Source of the DNA: an uncultured Actinomycetes bacterium
Lineage (GTDB): Bacteria; Actinomycetota; Actinomycetes; Nanopelagicales; Nanopelagicaceae
Length of the DNA: 64,000 nt
Direction: 5' to 3'
NCBI GenBank assembly: GCA_903838035.1
Contig: CAILWW010000096.1
Coordinates: forward strand, 14,280 to 78,279
The translations under genes were made by a program, and so were the position numbers. The notes under the pieces are model-generated. The model was not told the DNA's origin and did not search any database. It saw only the letters and a program-made list of their open reading frames with translations. Below, piece by piece: positions 29,618-38,675 of this stretch (positions are counted from its first letter, which is position 1; every line of letters begins with the position of its first letter).

Positions 29618-30481
29618 ATGAGTTCGACATCTTTCTCTGTGGAGTTCTTCCCGCCTAAGGATTCCGCGGGTGAAGAACGCCTTTGGAGTGCAGTAGAACA
29701 CCTCAAAGATATGGCACCCGATTTTATCTCGGTTACATATGGGGCTGGCGGCAGTACCCGTGACCGCACAGTGCGGATAACGAAGGAACTCACAGAACGA
29801 ACCGGGATTTCGACCGTTGCACACTTAACCTGTGTTGGTTCGACTAAAGATGAGTTAAATCAGATACTCGATCAGTATTCGGCTTCCGGCATTAAAAGTA
29901 TTTTGGCGCTACGTGGAGATCCCACCGGTGGACCTTCCGCACCGTGGCAAACCACTCTCGGTGGATTTGATCATGCCTCGCAATTAGTTGAGCTCGCAGC
30001 CGCGCGCGAAACTTTTGCAATTGGCGTAGCGGCATTTCCCGATGGCCATCCTGCCTCCGATGGTGATTTTGAAAGAGATATAGATGTACTCATCGCCAAA
30101 GAGCAAGCAGGAGCAAGCTTCGCCACAACTCAATTTTTCTTTGAAGCCGAGAAGTGGGAGCGATTAGTCCATCGGCTACGAGAGCGCGGCTCTTCCATGC
30201 CAGTCATAGCCGGAATTTTGCCCATCACCAATCTCAAGCAGTTGAAGCGGATGGGTGAGCTCAGCGGTATTCCTGTTCCGGCATCGATTGAAAAGAAATT
30301 TATTGGGTATGAAACCGATCCAGAATCGGTATCGAAAATTGGTACTGAGATTGCGACCGAGCTTTGTGAACAGTTACTTGCTTCGGGCGTTCCCGGCCTT
30401 CATTTCTACACCATGAATTCCTCCCATGCGACGATGGATATTGCAGCAAACCTTGGATTACACACACGTGGATCGCGATAG
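29618..30481 (+). CDS. metF: 5,10-methylenetetrahydrofolate reductase
   Basis: SVEFFPPK, SVTYGAGGS, AHLTCV, LALRGDP, TQFFF, HFYT.N. Confidence 0.95.
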   Translation: MSSTSFSVEFFPPKDSAGEERLWSAVEHLKDMAPDFISVTYGAGGSTRDRTVRITKELTERTGISTVAHLTCVGSTKDELNQILDQYSASGIKSILALRGDPTGGPSAPWQTTLGGFDHASQLVELAAARETFAIGVAAFPDGHPASDGDFERDIDVLIAKEQAGASFATTQFFFEAEKWERLVHRLRERGSSMPVIAGILPITNLKQLKRMGELSGIPVPASIEKKFIGYETDPESVSKIGTEIATELCEQLLASGVPGLHFYTMNSSHATMDIAANLGLHTRGSR

Positions 30482-31091
30482 TTTCTTTGCTCAGTGGAGC
30501 GCGCTTCACGGTAACGTTGAAATCAGTGGTGTTGTTAAGGGCTGGCTGACTATTTCATTTCAAGTGATAAAACCGCTTAGGAAAGCGCGCATCACGCCTA
30601 ATCATTTAACACTTTCCGGTTTAATCTGCGCAGTTGTGCTCTGGCCGCTAGCAAAAAGTTATTGGGCAATTCCGCTGCTCGCCCTCTCACTATTAGGCGA
30701 CGGGCTAGATGGTTCGCTGGCGATAATCACCGAAAGTACTTCACGATGGGGCGCGATGTTGGACTCACTCGTCGATCGCCTCAGCGAAGGTTTCTGGGTA
30801 CTTGCCTTTTACCAACTCGGGGTGGATTTTCGCCTGCTCTTCTTAGCCTGGGGCGCCGCTCTCACACAGGAATATATTCGTGCGCGAGCTGGGGGATTGG
30901 GTTTTAAAGAGATTGGCGTGGTGACAATTTGCGAGCGACCAGTTAGAGCAAGTCTGCTCTGCATCGCACTCGTTGCATATATTATTAAATTACATATTGT
31001 GGGAGATATTGCTTTGGCGTGGGCGATCATGCAAGTAATTTCACTTGCGCATCTAAGCCTTAGTGCTTTTCGCCGCCTGCAATTGCATTAG
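30468..31091 (+). CDS. CDP-alcohol phosphatidyltransferase family protein
   Basis: TPN.LT and DGLDGSLA....SRWGAMLDSLVDR signature. Start at GTG 30468. Confidence 0.85.
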   Translation: MDRDSFFAQWSALHGNVEISGVVKGWLTISFQVIKPLRKARITPNHLTLSGLICAVVLWPLAKSYWAIPLLALSLLGDGLDGSLAIITESTSRWGAMLDSLVDRLSEGFWVLAFYQLGVDFRLLFLAWGAALTQEYIRARAGGLGFKEIGVVTICERPVRASLLCIALVAYIIKLHIVGDIALAWAIMQVISLAHLSLSAFRRLQLH

Positions 31092-32574
31092 CAACTATCT
31101 CTGCACTAATCCCAACTAATGGCAATCCGCCGCCAGGGTGGGCTGAACCTCCTACACAATAGAGATTCTTTAACGGTGAACGATTTCTTGCGCGCAAAAA
31201 GGCGGCGCGTGAGGAGTTGCTGGAAGTTCCATAGATAGAGCCACCGGGAGCGGCAACGGTATTTTGTAAATGAAGTGGAGTTCGAAATTCCATAAAATCT
31301 AGCCGTTGGGAGACATTGAGACCAAGCTGGTCGAGCTTCTTGATGATTTGCTCTGCATATTTCTCTGACCCAGTGCTCCAGTCATGGCCCACTCCCGGTT
31401 CATGGCGAGGAGCATTTACCAAGACAAACCAGGCTTCTTTATCTGCACCTTTAGTCATAGTTGAATCCTGTGGTGCACAGATATAGATAGTGGGGTCGCT
31501 TACCGGAACTTTCTCGTCGAAGATTTGATCGAACTCACGATCGTAATTCTCCGGGAAGTAAATATTGTGATGTTGCATTGCCGGAGATGGAGTCGAGCTC
31601 TTAGAATTATCTAGTCCAAGCAGGAGAGTGAAGCCGGCCAGGGATTTGGTCGCCTTTGCTAATTTCTTACGTTCTGAATTAACGGTTCGCAATTTCTTCG
31701 GCAAGAGTTTGTTGTAGACATACTCGGCATCGGCATTTGCGACTACTTCATCGGCAAGGACTATCTCGCCAGAGTGCAACTCAATTCCGATGGCACGATT
31801 CTTTTCGCTGAGTATCGAGGCGACTTCACTTCGGAGATGAATCTTCACTCCCAGCTCGCGCGCTCGATCTTCCAGAGCCTCGGAGAGCTTTCCGATGCCA
31901 CCTTCAATATGCCAAGCTCCAAAAGTACTTTCAACAAAGGCGATAGTCAGTAGTACCGCTGGGACTTTACGGGGGTCTGAGCCGGTATATGTTGCATATC
32001 GATCCAGGATGGCGAGTAAGTACGGATTGTCTGTATACCTCTTGGTTAATGTGCGCAATGAGGTAAATGGTGCGATTTGCTTAAGGTCCTTAAGTAATCC
32101 TTTACGTCGCAAAAGCGCCCAAATTGAGGTCAACTCGGATTCCACATAGGGAGTCCGAGAAACATCCCACATATGTTCTGCGCGTTGCATCAAGTTATGC
32201 CATTGATTGCCAGCAGCTTGTCCAAATTTTTCATCAATCGCAGCGCAAATTGCCGGAATCGAGAGGTTGGGGAAATCAATCTGAGTTCCATCCGCAAAGT
32301 GATAGGCAAAGGCCGGATCCACGGGTTGGATTTTAAGAATGTGCTCTAACCGTTTACCTGTTTTCAGGAAGAGATCTCGATAGACGGCGGGAAGCGTAAG
32401 CAAGGATGGGCCAGTATCAAAGCCATAATCCCCGAACCACTCTGTTCTGCATTTTCCACCAGTGCGATCCGAGGCTTCATATATGGAAACGTCATATCCA
32501 GATTTAGCTAAGCGAATAGCGCTAGCCATTCCTCCTACGCCAGCACCAATTACGACAACCTTCTGTTTAACCAA
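31060..32574 (-). CDS. Second CrtI-family carotenoid desaturase/oxidase (CrtD/CrtP-like)
   Basis: GAGVGG, FDTGPSLLTLP, RYATY.GSDP, FVLVNAP and GG.AHPGGGLPLV; these CrtD/CrtP-type motifs differ from the crtI copy. Confidence 0.85.
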   Translation of the reverse strand: MVKQKVVVIGAGVGGMASAIRLAKSGYDVSIYEASDRTGGKCRTEWFGDYGFDTGPSLLTLPAVYRDLFLKTGKRLEHILKIQPVDPAFAYHFADGTQIDFPNLSIPAICAAIDEKFGQAAGNQWHNLMQRAEHMWDVSRTPYVESELTSIWALLRRKGLLKDLKQIAPFTSLRTLTKRYTDNPYLLAILDRYATYTGSDPRKVPAVLLTIAFVESTFGAWHIEGGIGKLSEALEDRARELGVKIHLRSEVASILSEKNRAIGIELHSGEIVLADEVVANADAEYVYNKLLPKKLRTVNSERKKLAKATKSLAGFTLLLGLDNSKSSTPSPAMQHHNIYFPENYDREFDQIFDEKVPVSDPTIYICAPQDSTMTKGADKEAWFVLVNAPRHEPGVGHDWSTGSEKYAEQIIKKLDQLGLNVSQRLDFMEFRTPLHLQNTVAAPGGSIYGTSSNSSRAAFLRARNRSPLKNLYCVGGSAHPGGGLPLVGISAEIVANAIAGGEKH

Positions 32575-33646
32575 GAGCTCGACCTCTCCAAGTTAAATTT
32601 CCACGAGATTTCTTCCACCACGATAAGGCGATGAGATAAAGCAAGAGGAGAGTAGCGAGCGGGTGCAAGAGTGCGATAAAAGGATTAGAACGAGTTTTAA
32701 TCGCGGCAATCAGACGCGAGAGCAGCACAAAAGTTAGTCCAAATGCAGCAGTTAGCGATCCATGCACGGTATAGATCAGCGGAATTATTCCGGTAGCAGT
32801 GAGGATGAGAACTGTGAGAGCGGTCCCACCTAGTGAACCAAAAGCACGCCAGAGCGATTTGGTGTAACCCTCCTTAAGCTCATTAAAGCTCTCATACATT
32901 CGGCAGGAGATTAATTGACTTGCATCTGCAACCGCGCCTCGGTAACCATTTCGGACTAACTCTCGAGCCAGCTCCAAATCATCGAGCACCTCACTCTTGA
33001 TATTTTCATGACCGTCAATAGCCAAATATGCGCTGCGTTTTACGATGAAGAACTGTCCATTCGCAATCGTGGTAGATGGTCTTGGAGAGCGCTCTGCAAA
33101 TCGAAGGAAGACGCTTGAGATCCACGACCATTGCAACAGCGGCTGAATGAGCAACTCGGCAAAACTTCTAGCAATCTGGCGCGGATACGGTGAGAGAAAA
33201 TCCCATTGTTGCTCTTTAACCAGTGCCATACTGGCAGATAAGGCAAGTGGGGAAATTCTGACATCTGCATCCATAAAGATTAAGTAATCCGCTGCTGATT
33301 GATCTGCGAGTTGGGAGAGGGCGAAACTCTTTCCCATCCAGCCATCCGGTAGGTTGGAGCCGGAGCTGAGAGAAATTTTCTGGTTAAATTCTCGGAGCAG
33401 CGGTTCGGTCTGATCGCTGGAGTGATCATCCAGTACTGAAATCTTGAGATTGGGACAATTTTCTGTGGCGAGCGCCGCTTCCAAGCAGCCACGAACATTG
33501 CGCTCTTCATTGCGCATAGGAATCAAGATTTCGAGTGAATCTTCAATTGATATGGCCGAGCTTGCCTTGACGGTGCGCATAGTTAAAGCGTTGGTGAGAG
33601 CGGTGAGTAGCGCCATTCCGCAAAGTAAGAGAGGAAAAATTGGCAT
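32567..33646 (-). CDS. GT2 carotenoid glycosyltransferase (CruG/CrtQ-like)
   Basis: IPMRNEE, DDHSSD, GWMGK, F.DADV, ANGQF, LDD..LAR, CRMY and C-terminal WRGR; carotenoid context. Confidence 0.82.
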   Translation of the reverse strand: MPIFPLLLCGMALLTALTNALTMRTVKASSAISIEDSLEILIPMRNEERNVRGCLEAALATENCPNLKISVLDDHSSDQTEPLLREFNQKISLSSGSNLPDGWMGKSFALSQLADQSAADYLIFMDADVRISPLALSASMALVKEQQWDFLSPYPRQIARSFAELLIQPLLQWSWISSVFLRFAERSPRPSTTIANGQFFIVKRSAYLAIDGHENIKSEVLDDLELARELVRNGYRGAVADASQLISCRMYESFNELKEGYTKSLWRAFGSLGGTALTVLILTATGIIPLIYTVHGSLTAAFGLTFVLLSRLIAAIKTRSNPFIALLHPLATLLLLYLIALSWWKKSRGNLTWRGRALG

Positions 33647-34459
33647 TTAGAGGTAATCAGGTCGGCCAAGAGTGATGGAGAAGAAATAAGGCGCCATGAC
33701 TGCACCAAAGAGCAATCCGCCGATGCCGGCAATCCCGGGACGGTGAAAGAAGAAGAGATTGCCCACGATACCTGAGAGCAGCGTCCACAATAGAAAAATA
33801 TCCGGAACAACCGAGCTTGGGCCAACCTTACGTCGCTCTTTCGGAAGCACAAGGTGTAATAGGGCGATCAGTCCCATACCTGCAAATAACCAACCGGCCG
33901 CATTTGATAGTGGAATTTCTGGTTCAAAGGGAATATGCGCACCTGATATGACCCAACTCCAGCGATGAGCGCTGACCATTTGTGGATCGAGAAAAACATC
34001 CCAAGCCATCAGCGCTAGGCCGCCATAGAGAAATGCCCAATGTGGAGTTAAGCGACGCGCGGCTATCAAGATCGGATGAGCCATCATGATCCATGCAAAT
34101 GGAACGACGAGTGGAACGCCGGCAATCGCAATTCCTAGCGAATGGTCATATGTGTAATCACCAAATGGATATCCGGTCTTACTTCCAAGAATTTCTATGG
34201 CAAGTGCGAAAGCGAAGGTTGCGAGCAAATAAGTTGTGAAATATCGAGCGCCAAATGAGAAGAGTGAATGGACCAACATCGCTGCTGCGCCGCCATAGAC
34301 GGTAAGAATTGTGATGTTGCGAAGTACTTCACCATGAACTAGCGGATATGCAATCTGTAAGGCAATCGCAACCGTCAATAGTCCAAAGAGAATGAAGGTC
34401 TGTCGATTGCTGATAGCGCGGCGGGCATTTAAGCGAGGTCGGTATTGCCGCAGTGACAT
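33647..34459 (-). CDS. Carotenoid 1,2-hydratase CruF-like membrane protein (DUF422)
   Basis: E..G..TG.PFG.Y.Y...LG, VPL.VP.AW, WD..LDP.MV and P.SN..GW motifs. Confidence 0.85.
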   Translation of the reverse strand: MSLRQYRPRLNARRAISNRQTFILFGLLTVAIALQIAYPLVHGEVLRNITILTVYGGAAAMLVHSLFSFGARYFTTYLLATFAFALAIEILGSKTGYPFGDYTYDHSLGIAIAGVPLVVPFAWIMMAHPILIAARRLTPHWAFLYGGLALMAWDVFLDPQMVSAHRWSWVISGAHIPFEPEIPLSNAAGWLFAGMGLIALLHLVLPKERRKVGPSSVVPDIFLLWTLLSGIVGNLFFFHRPGIAGIGGLLFGAVMAPYFFSITLGRPDYL

Positions 34460-34484
34460 GCCCTAATTCTGCCCCAATGGAGAG

Positions 34485-35147
34485 TTAAAGTGCACCACTC
34501 TCAGAAATAATCGCAAAACGCGCGAATAGCTCCTCGGAGTACCAATCTATTTCCTTGGTCTTCGCTATCGCCGCAAGGTGAGGCGCGCTCTTATAGGCAA
34601 ATTCTCGTAAATCCGCAGCGCTCTCCCACGAGGAGAATGTTCCTTGGAGGCCGATTGGTGCCTCGCCAATGCCAAGGGCAAACCTCAAGCCAGGGGAGGC
34701 GTGGAGCGATTCTGTAACCCTGGGAACCGATCTCCAAAAAATTAAGTTTTGTCGCCATTTAATGCGGGCTCGAGTGATGGCAATGACCGGCCCGTTCCAA
34801 TCTAAGGTTTCGACTTCAAATGGCTCTTTGCCCGACCATTTTCCGTGAGAAGAGAGCGGTCGCAGGAGAGCGGAATATTCACTTTTTGCAACAGAACGCC
34901 AATTTCGTACGAGCTTCGAATCATCAAAATCTGCAAGTGCGCTTTGAGAGCCGGTAACTAGCAGCCCCCACCGGTGTGCGTTTGCATCTCTCGGAGTAAA
35001 GCGTTCACCAGTCCCAGTGCCAAGTAATTTGAAGAAAGGAATAGTTGGATTACCTTTGAGGTGAATGCGGTTAGTGGCCATATAGGAAATTGCACGAGGT
35101 AGGGAGCGAGTCGGTACATCCCAGAAATAAACTTTAGCCATGTTCAT
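34485..35147 (-). CDS. crtA: Spheroidene monooxygenase CrtA-like protein
   Basis: FFKLLGTG.G..F, HG.WSG, ITRARI, GIGEAP..LQGTFS.W, FAY...PH, WY.EELFARF. Confidence 0.85.
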   Translation of the reverse strand: MNMAKVYFWDVPTRSLPRAISYMATNRIHLKGNPTIPFFKLLGTGTGERFTPRDANAHRWGLLVTGSQSALADFDDSKLVRNWRSVAKSEYSALLRPLSSHGKWSGKEPFEVETLDWNGPVIAITRARIKWRQNLIFWRSVPRVTESLHASPGLRFALGIGEAPIGLQGTFSSWESAADLREFAYKSAPHLAAIAKTKEIDWYSEELFARFAIISESGAL

Positions 35148-35929
35148 GCCCGACCTGCACTTTCCAAAATTTCAGAGATGACTTCATCGGGGTGATCCCA
35201 CATGGGAGCATGACCGCTCTCGGATAGAACTACCCATTTTGCATGCTTTGGTGCAAGCGACCTCTCCTGCGAGGTGCGAACAGGAAGCGTGTTATCACTG
35301 TCACCGAAAATTATAGTTACCGGAATAGAGCTTGCCACCTCCTTTTCAAATCGCTCTCCTAAAAAAGAATCCCACATTGGGAAATAGCCCTCCGAAGTTC
35401 CCATCGCCTTAGTCGCATCGATACAGACGTCAGTTGGCAGATCCCGCCAACGTGGACTGACCATGCCAAATCCAATCAGTTTGGCCCAGTCATATTTCAA
35501 AAGCACAGGCGAAACTTTATGAAGCGACTTTGCCATATATCGAGTGATGGCTGCGCCTGGAACTCGAGAGTTATACGGTGCTAGCCATAAACCTGCCGGC
35601 GCCAATCCGGTATAGGAGATCACTCGATCTGGAAAAAGTGCAGCTAGCTCTAGGCCAACCCAACCACCCAAGGAGCTACCTACCAAGTGTGCCTTATCAA
35701 TTTCAAGCTCATCCAAGTTTTGAATAATTAGATGCGCAAGTGAAGTTGGATCAAGTTTTAGATCTGGGTTAAATGGCGTACTTCCGTGGCCTGGGAAATC
35801 AAGTGCTATCGTTTGGAAAAATCTGGAAAGTTCGGGCCGGATCATCTTCCAGGTTGTGGAGGCAGAGCCAAGCCCATGTATCAGCACGAGCGGAGTTCCG
35901 CTTCCCTCAATTGTGGAGTGCAATTTCAT
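35144..35929 (-). CDS. Alpha/beta fold hydrolase
   Basis: LIHGLG, D.PGHG, GSSLGG nucleophile elbow, GDSD and GHAP. Confidence 0.88.
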   Translation of the reverse strand: MKLHSTIEGSGTPLVLIHGLGSASTTWKMIRPELSRFFQTIALDFPGHGSTPFNPDLKLDPTSLAHLIIQNLDELEIDKAHLVGSSLGGWVGLELAALFPDRVISYTGLAPAGLWLAPYNSRVPGAAITRYMAKSLHKVSPVLLKYDWAKLIGFGMVSPRWRDLPTDVCIDATKAMGTSEGYFPMWDSFLGERFEKEVASSIPVTIIFGDSDNTLPVRTSQERSLAPKHAKWVVLSESGHAPMWDHPDEVISEILESAGRA

Positions 35930-36822
35930 CGCCTGGAACCTCGAGGGGAGAGATGCATGTTAGGGAGCGCTGGTGCAGGAATTCGACCACCTATGCGATC
36001 TTCAAATCTCGGAAATTCAGGGGAGTGGTTATTCCATTTTTCGCGCAACTCAACTATTTGCTCATGGCTTCTGGCGATGAAATTCCACCACATAATTATC
36101 TCTTCGGTAAACGGCTCCCCGCCAAGGAGGAGAAATTTACTCCCTGATAAAGAAGATATGGTGATTTTATTTACTCCCTGGTCAATGAAGTGCAGTTCTC
36201 CGGCCTCGATTACTACCTCATCGATAGTCAAAGAGCCTTCAATTATGAGAAATCCATATTCAAAATTGGAATTAAGTTCGAAATCCTGTCTGGTCGAAGC
36301 CGCTACCTTGATTTCTGCTCCTACTAATGGGGAGAAATTTTTCGTATGAGCATCATGTCCATTCATCGCGCCCATGAAGAGCCGAATATCGAAATTACCG
36401 ATAGCAAAGGTTGGCAGGCTTTCATAGTGGTCAAAAGTCGGTTCTGCATATTGGTCTGCCGAAGGCAGAACGGTCCACAGTTGAACGCCGTGAAGTGCTT
36501 GCGAATCTTTTGTTGATAATTCAGAGTGCGAAATCCCTTTGCCGGCGGTCATAATATTTAGTTGGCCAGGTCTAATAATTGCAACGCTACCAAGCGAGTC
36601 TCGATGTTCCACTTCTCCTTCAAATAACCAAGTTACAGTTTGAAGTCCGGCATGTGGATGCGCCGCAACGCTCATCGCAGAGGGTTCGAAGTTTGGACCA
36701 TAATCATCGAGAAAACACCAGGCACCGATTGTGCGAATCTCACGATGAGGAAGAGTCCTGCGCACCTCGATGCCAGATCGGGTAGTTAATTGAACGAGGC
36801 GTGGTTGGAGAGTTGTGCGCAT
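35926..36822 (-). CDS. Pirin family protein
   Basis: HPHAG.QTVT, HRDSLG, MTAG.GISHSE metal ligands, QLW and WWNF. Confidence 0.92.
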   Translation of the reverse strand: MRTTLQPRLVQLTTRSGIEVRRTLPHREIRTIGAWCFLDDYGPNFEPSAMSVAAHPHAGLQTVTWLFEGEVEHRDSLGSVAIIRPGQLNIMTAGKGISHSELSTKDSQALHGVQLWTVLPSADQYAEPTFDHYESLPTFAIGNFDIRLFMGAMNGHDAHTKNFSPLVGAEIKVAASTRQDFELNSNFEYGFLIIEGSLTIDEVVIEAGELHFIDQGVNKITISSLSGSKFLLLGGEPFTEEIIMWWNFIARSHEQIVELREKWNNHSPEFPRFEDRIGGRIPAPALPNMHLSPRGSRR

Positions 36823-36837
36823 TTGATCTCCCTCGCT

Positions 36838-37587
36838 TTAGTGAATTACCCAGGTTTTGATTAGCGTAAATGCTGTTACGCCAAAGAGGAGTGAGGCCAA
36901 GCCGCGGCGCAAAATTATTGGCGAGAGTTTGCTGCTGTGGTGTGAGGCGAGCAGCGAGACGACTATGGCAGCACTTCCGATATAAATGGGAAGCGACCAG
37001 CGAACTTGGCTCCATATGGCATGGTGGCCCAAGAATGAGATCAGGCAGTTAAGCGCGATGATGAGCAGCGAAGTTCCAGCGGCTTTACTTTGCGGAGTAT
37101 GAAAGAAGCGAACCAGAACCGGTATTGCAAGGAATCCTCCGCCAACGCCAAAGAGTCCGGTCATCGCTCCTATTACCAGCGACATAATTATCAGAATTGA
37201 AAGTGGAATTCGTTTCTCTGCTCGACCGGAAATTGTTGGCCGGAGCATGCTTAGTCCTGCGATCAACATGACGGTGGCAAAACCTGTGGTAATTAAATTT
37301 GGCGCAATGTGTTTGGCCAGCATCGAGGCGCCGAGGTTAGTTATTAATCCCAACCCAGATACGGCAAGTGCCTCACGAGGTAGCACCTCTCCTTTGCGCC
37401 ATTTCGGAATAACTCCTGCAAATGCGGCGAGAAATACGACAGCAAGCGATGCGGTTGTGGCTTGTATGGGGGAGAAGTGAAAGATGTAGAGAAGTACGGG
37501 AACGGTCAACATCGCACCGCCAGCGCCTACTAGTCCAAGGACTGCACCAATAAATGCGCCGGAGATGAGGGCGAGTATTGGATCCAT
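36838..37587 (-). CDS. TauE/SafE (TSUP) family exporter
   Basis: GLVGAGGA.L.VP and GLFGVGGGF..P repeats, A.GTSL. Start moved to ATG 37587. Confidence 0.88.
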   Translation of the reverse strand: MDPILALISGAFIGAVLGLVGAGGAMLTVPVLLYIFHFSPIQATTASLAVVFLAAFAGVIPKWRKGEVLPREALAVSGLGLITNLGASMLAKHIAPNLITTGFATVMLIAGLSMLRPTISGRAEKRIPLSILIIMSLVIGAMTGLFGVGGGFLAIPVLVRFFHTPQSKAAGTSLLIIALNCLISFLGHHAIWSQVRWSLPIYIGSAAIVVSLLASHHSSKLSPIILRRGLASLLFGVTAFTLIKTWVIH

Positions 37588-37613
37588 GCCCCTATCGTGC
37601 CAGTTGGGCAAGG

Positions 37614-37644
37614 AAAAAGCCCCCGGAGCGAACTCCAGGGGCTT
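37614..37644 (-). terminator. Intrinsic terminator downstream of the DoxX gene
   Basis: On the minus strand AAGCCCCTGGAG-TTCG-CTCCGGGGGCTT forms a stem-loop followed by a T run. Confidence 0.78.
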
Positions 37645-37666
37645 AATTCTTATCCTTTAGCTGGAA

Positions 37667-38098
37667 TTACTTCCAGAGAACTGCGTGTGCCTTTGATACA
37701 ACGATGCCGATATCAAGACCATGCTTTGCAGCAAGTGAAGCAAGAGCAGCAACCATAAGGAGAAGGGCGGCAAGTCCGATGTTCTTGGTGAAGTTAATCA
37801 TTTCACCCATCTTGGCGGTTGCATCTTCAACGGTCCAGAAGTTGTGGAAGATGATTGCTGCGAGAACGAGGAATACTGCAAGTGCAATTGCGCCAAGATC
37901 AGCAAGGTATCCAAGAAGGATGAAGAGTCCGCCTGCAATCATTACTAGGCCGGAGAGGATCACGCCGAGCTTTGCAGCTGGGAGCTTCTTGTACTTTGCA
38001 TAGCCAGTCATTGCCTCAAGCTTTGTGAGGTGGTTGATTCCACCATTGATGAAGTAGAGACCAGCGAGAACCTGACCAATTACGAATAGTGCTTTCAT
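37667..38098 (-). CDS. DoxX-family membrane protein
   Basis: G.VL..LYF..GG.NH, HNFW, F.KN..LA; four TM segments. Start at ATG 38098 behind AGGA. Confidence 0.85.
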   Translation of the reverse strand: MKALFVIGQVLAGLYFINGGINHLTKLEAMTGYAKYKKLPAAKLGVILSGLVMIAGGLFILLGYLADLGAIALAVFLVLAAIIFHNFWTVEDATAKMGEMINFTKNIGLAALLLMVAALASLAAKHGLDIGIVVSKAHAVLWK

Positions 38099-38270
38099 TG
38101 ATGTCCTATCTATAAGGGAGCGCCACCCGGGACGAGAGCGCCTTATTACCCCTTTACGGTAAGGGGTATTGATTGAAATTTCAACCAAATGCACGGCGTG
38201 TTTAAGGGAATCACGCTCAATTTCTCTGCCTGATCCTAAGAATTCACCTCCCTGTACGCCTGCTTGCCAC

Positions 38271-38292
38271 TGTCGGTAGGGAGGGCTATCTT
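38271..38292 (+). promoter_or_regulatory. PafBC / RecA-NDp-type promoter
   Basis: TGTCGG(38271-76)-N10-TA(38287-88)-N3-T(38292), an exact match to the RecA-NDp consensus; TTGCCA also lies 17 bp before TATCTT. Confidence 0.7.
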
Positions 38293-38309
38293 TCGAACAT
38301 ATGTTCGAA
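38292..38309. promoter_or_regulatory. LexA (SOS) box
   Basis: Perfect palindrome TTCGAACATATGTTCGAA matching the actinobacterial TCGAAC-N4-GTTCGA consensus, overlapping ATG 38301. Confidence 0.92.
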
Positions 38310-38663
38310 GAACCCGCTTCCGCCCCCACAGAGATAGTGGCCGCACCGATCCGTCCGGTTGCTGCCGTACTCGCCCCTGAAGGTGAACCAATCGAGTTCA
38401 TCTACAAGGGCCGTCGCTTCCATATTCATGCCATCACTTCAAGGTGGCGTGAATCTGGTGGCTGGTGGAATCGCATTGATGATGGGCGCAATCGCAAAGC
38501 TCGTGAATCCGATGAGTTCAGCATCTTGCGCCAACTAGATGACGGCGCTCGCGCTATCTGGCGAGTAGAAGCCGCCCCGGAAGGCGCAATGGCGACCTTT
38601 GAAATCGAGCTCGATGAACTCACAAATAGTTGGATGATTCGTCCCACTTCACGAGCACAGTAA
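38301..38663 (+). CDS. DUF6504-like small protein (resembles an ImuB C-terminal domain)
   Basis: P..F.Y.GRRF.I.....RWRE.G.WW...WRVEA....FE...D.....W pattern; first gene of the SOS cassette. Confidence 0.75.
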   Translation: MFEEPASAPTEIVAAPIRPVAAVLAPEGEPIEFIYKGRRFHIHAITSRWRESGGWWNRIDDGRNRKARESDEFSILRQLDDGARAIWRVEAAPEGAMATFEIELDELTNSWMIRPTSRAQ

Positions 38664-38675
38664 ATCGCCAGTCCA

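Noticed and set aside
29593-29793. N-terminal extension of crtE in the ORF track (similar extensions on pfkA, glgC, dprA, doxX and the phosphodiesterase)
   Set aside because: These overlap neighbouring genes or promoters; internal starts with -10 or SD signals fit the family N-termini better.
35773-36349. 124-aa and 187-aa plus-strand ORFs across the pirin/hydrolase junction
   Set aside because: Antisense to two well-supported genes, with no motifs.
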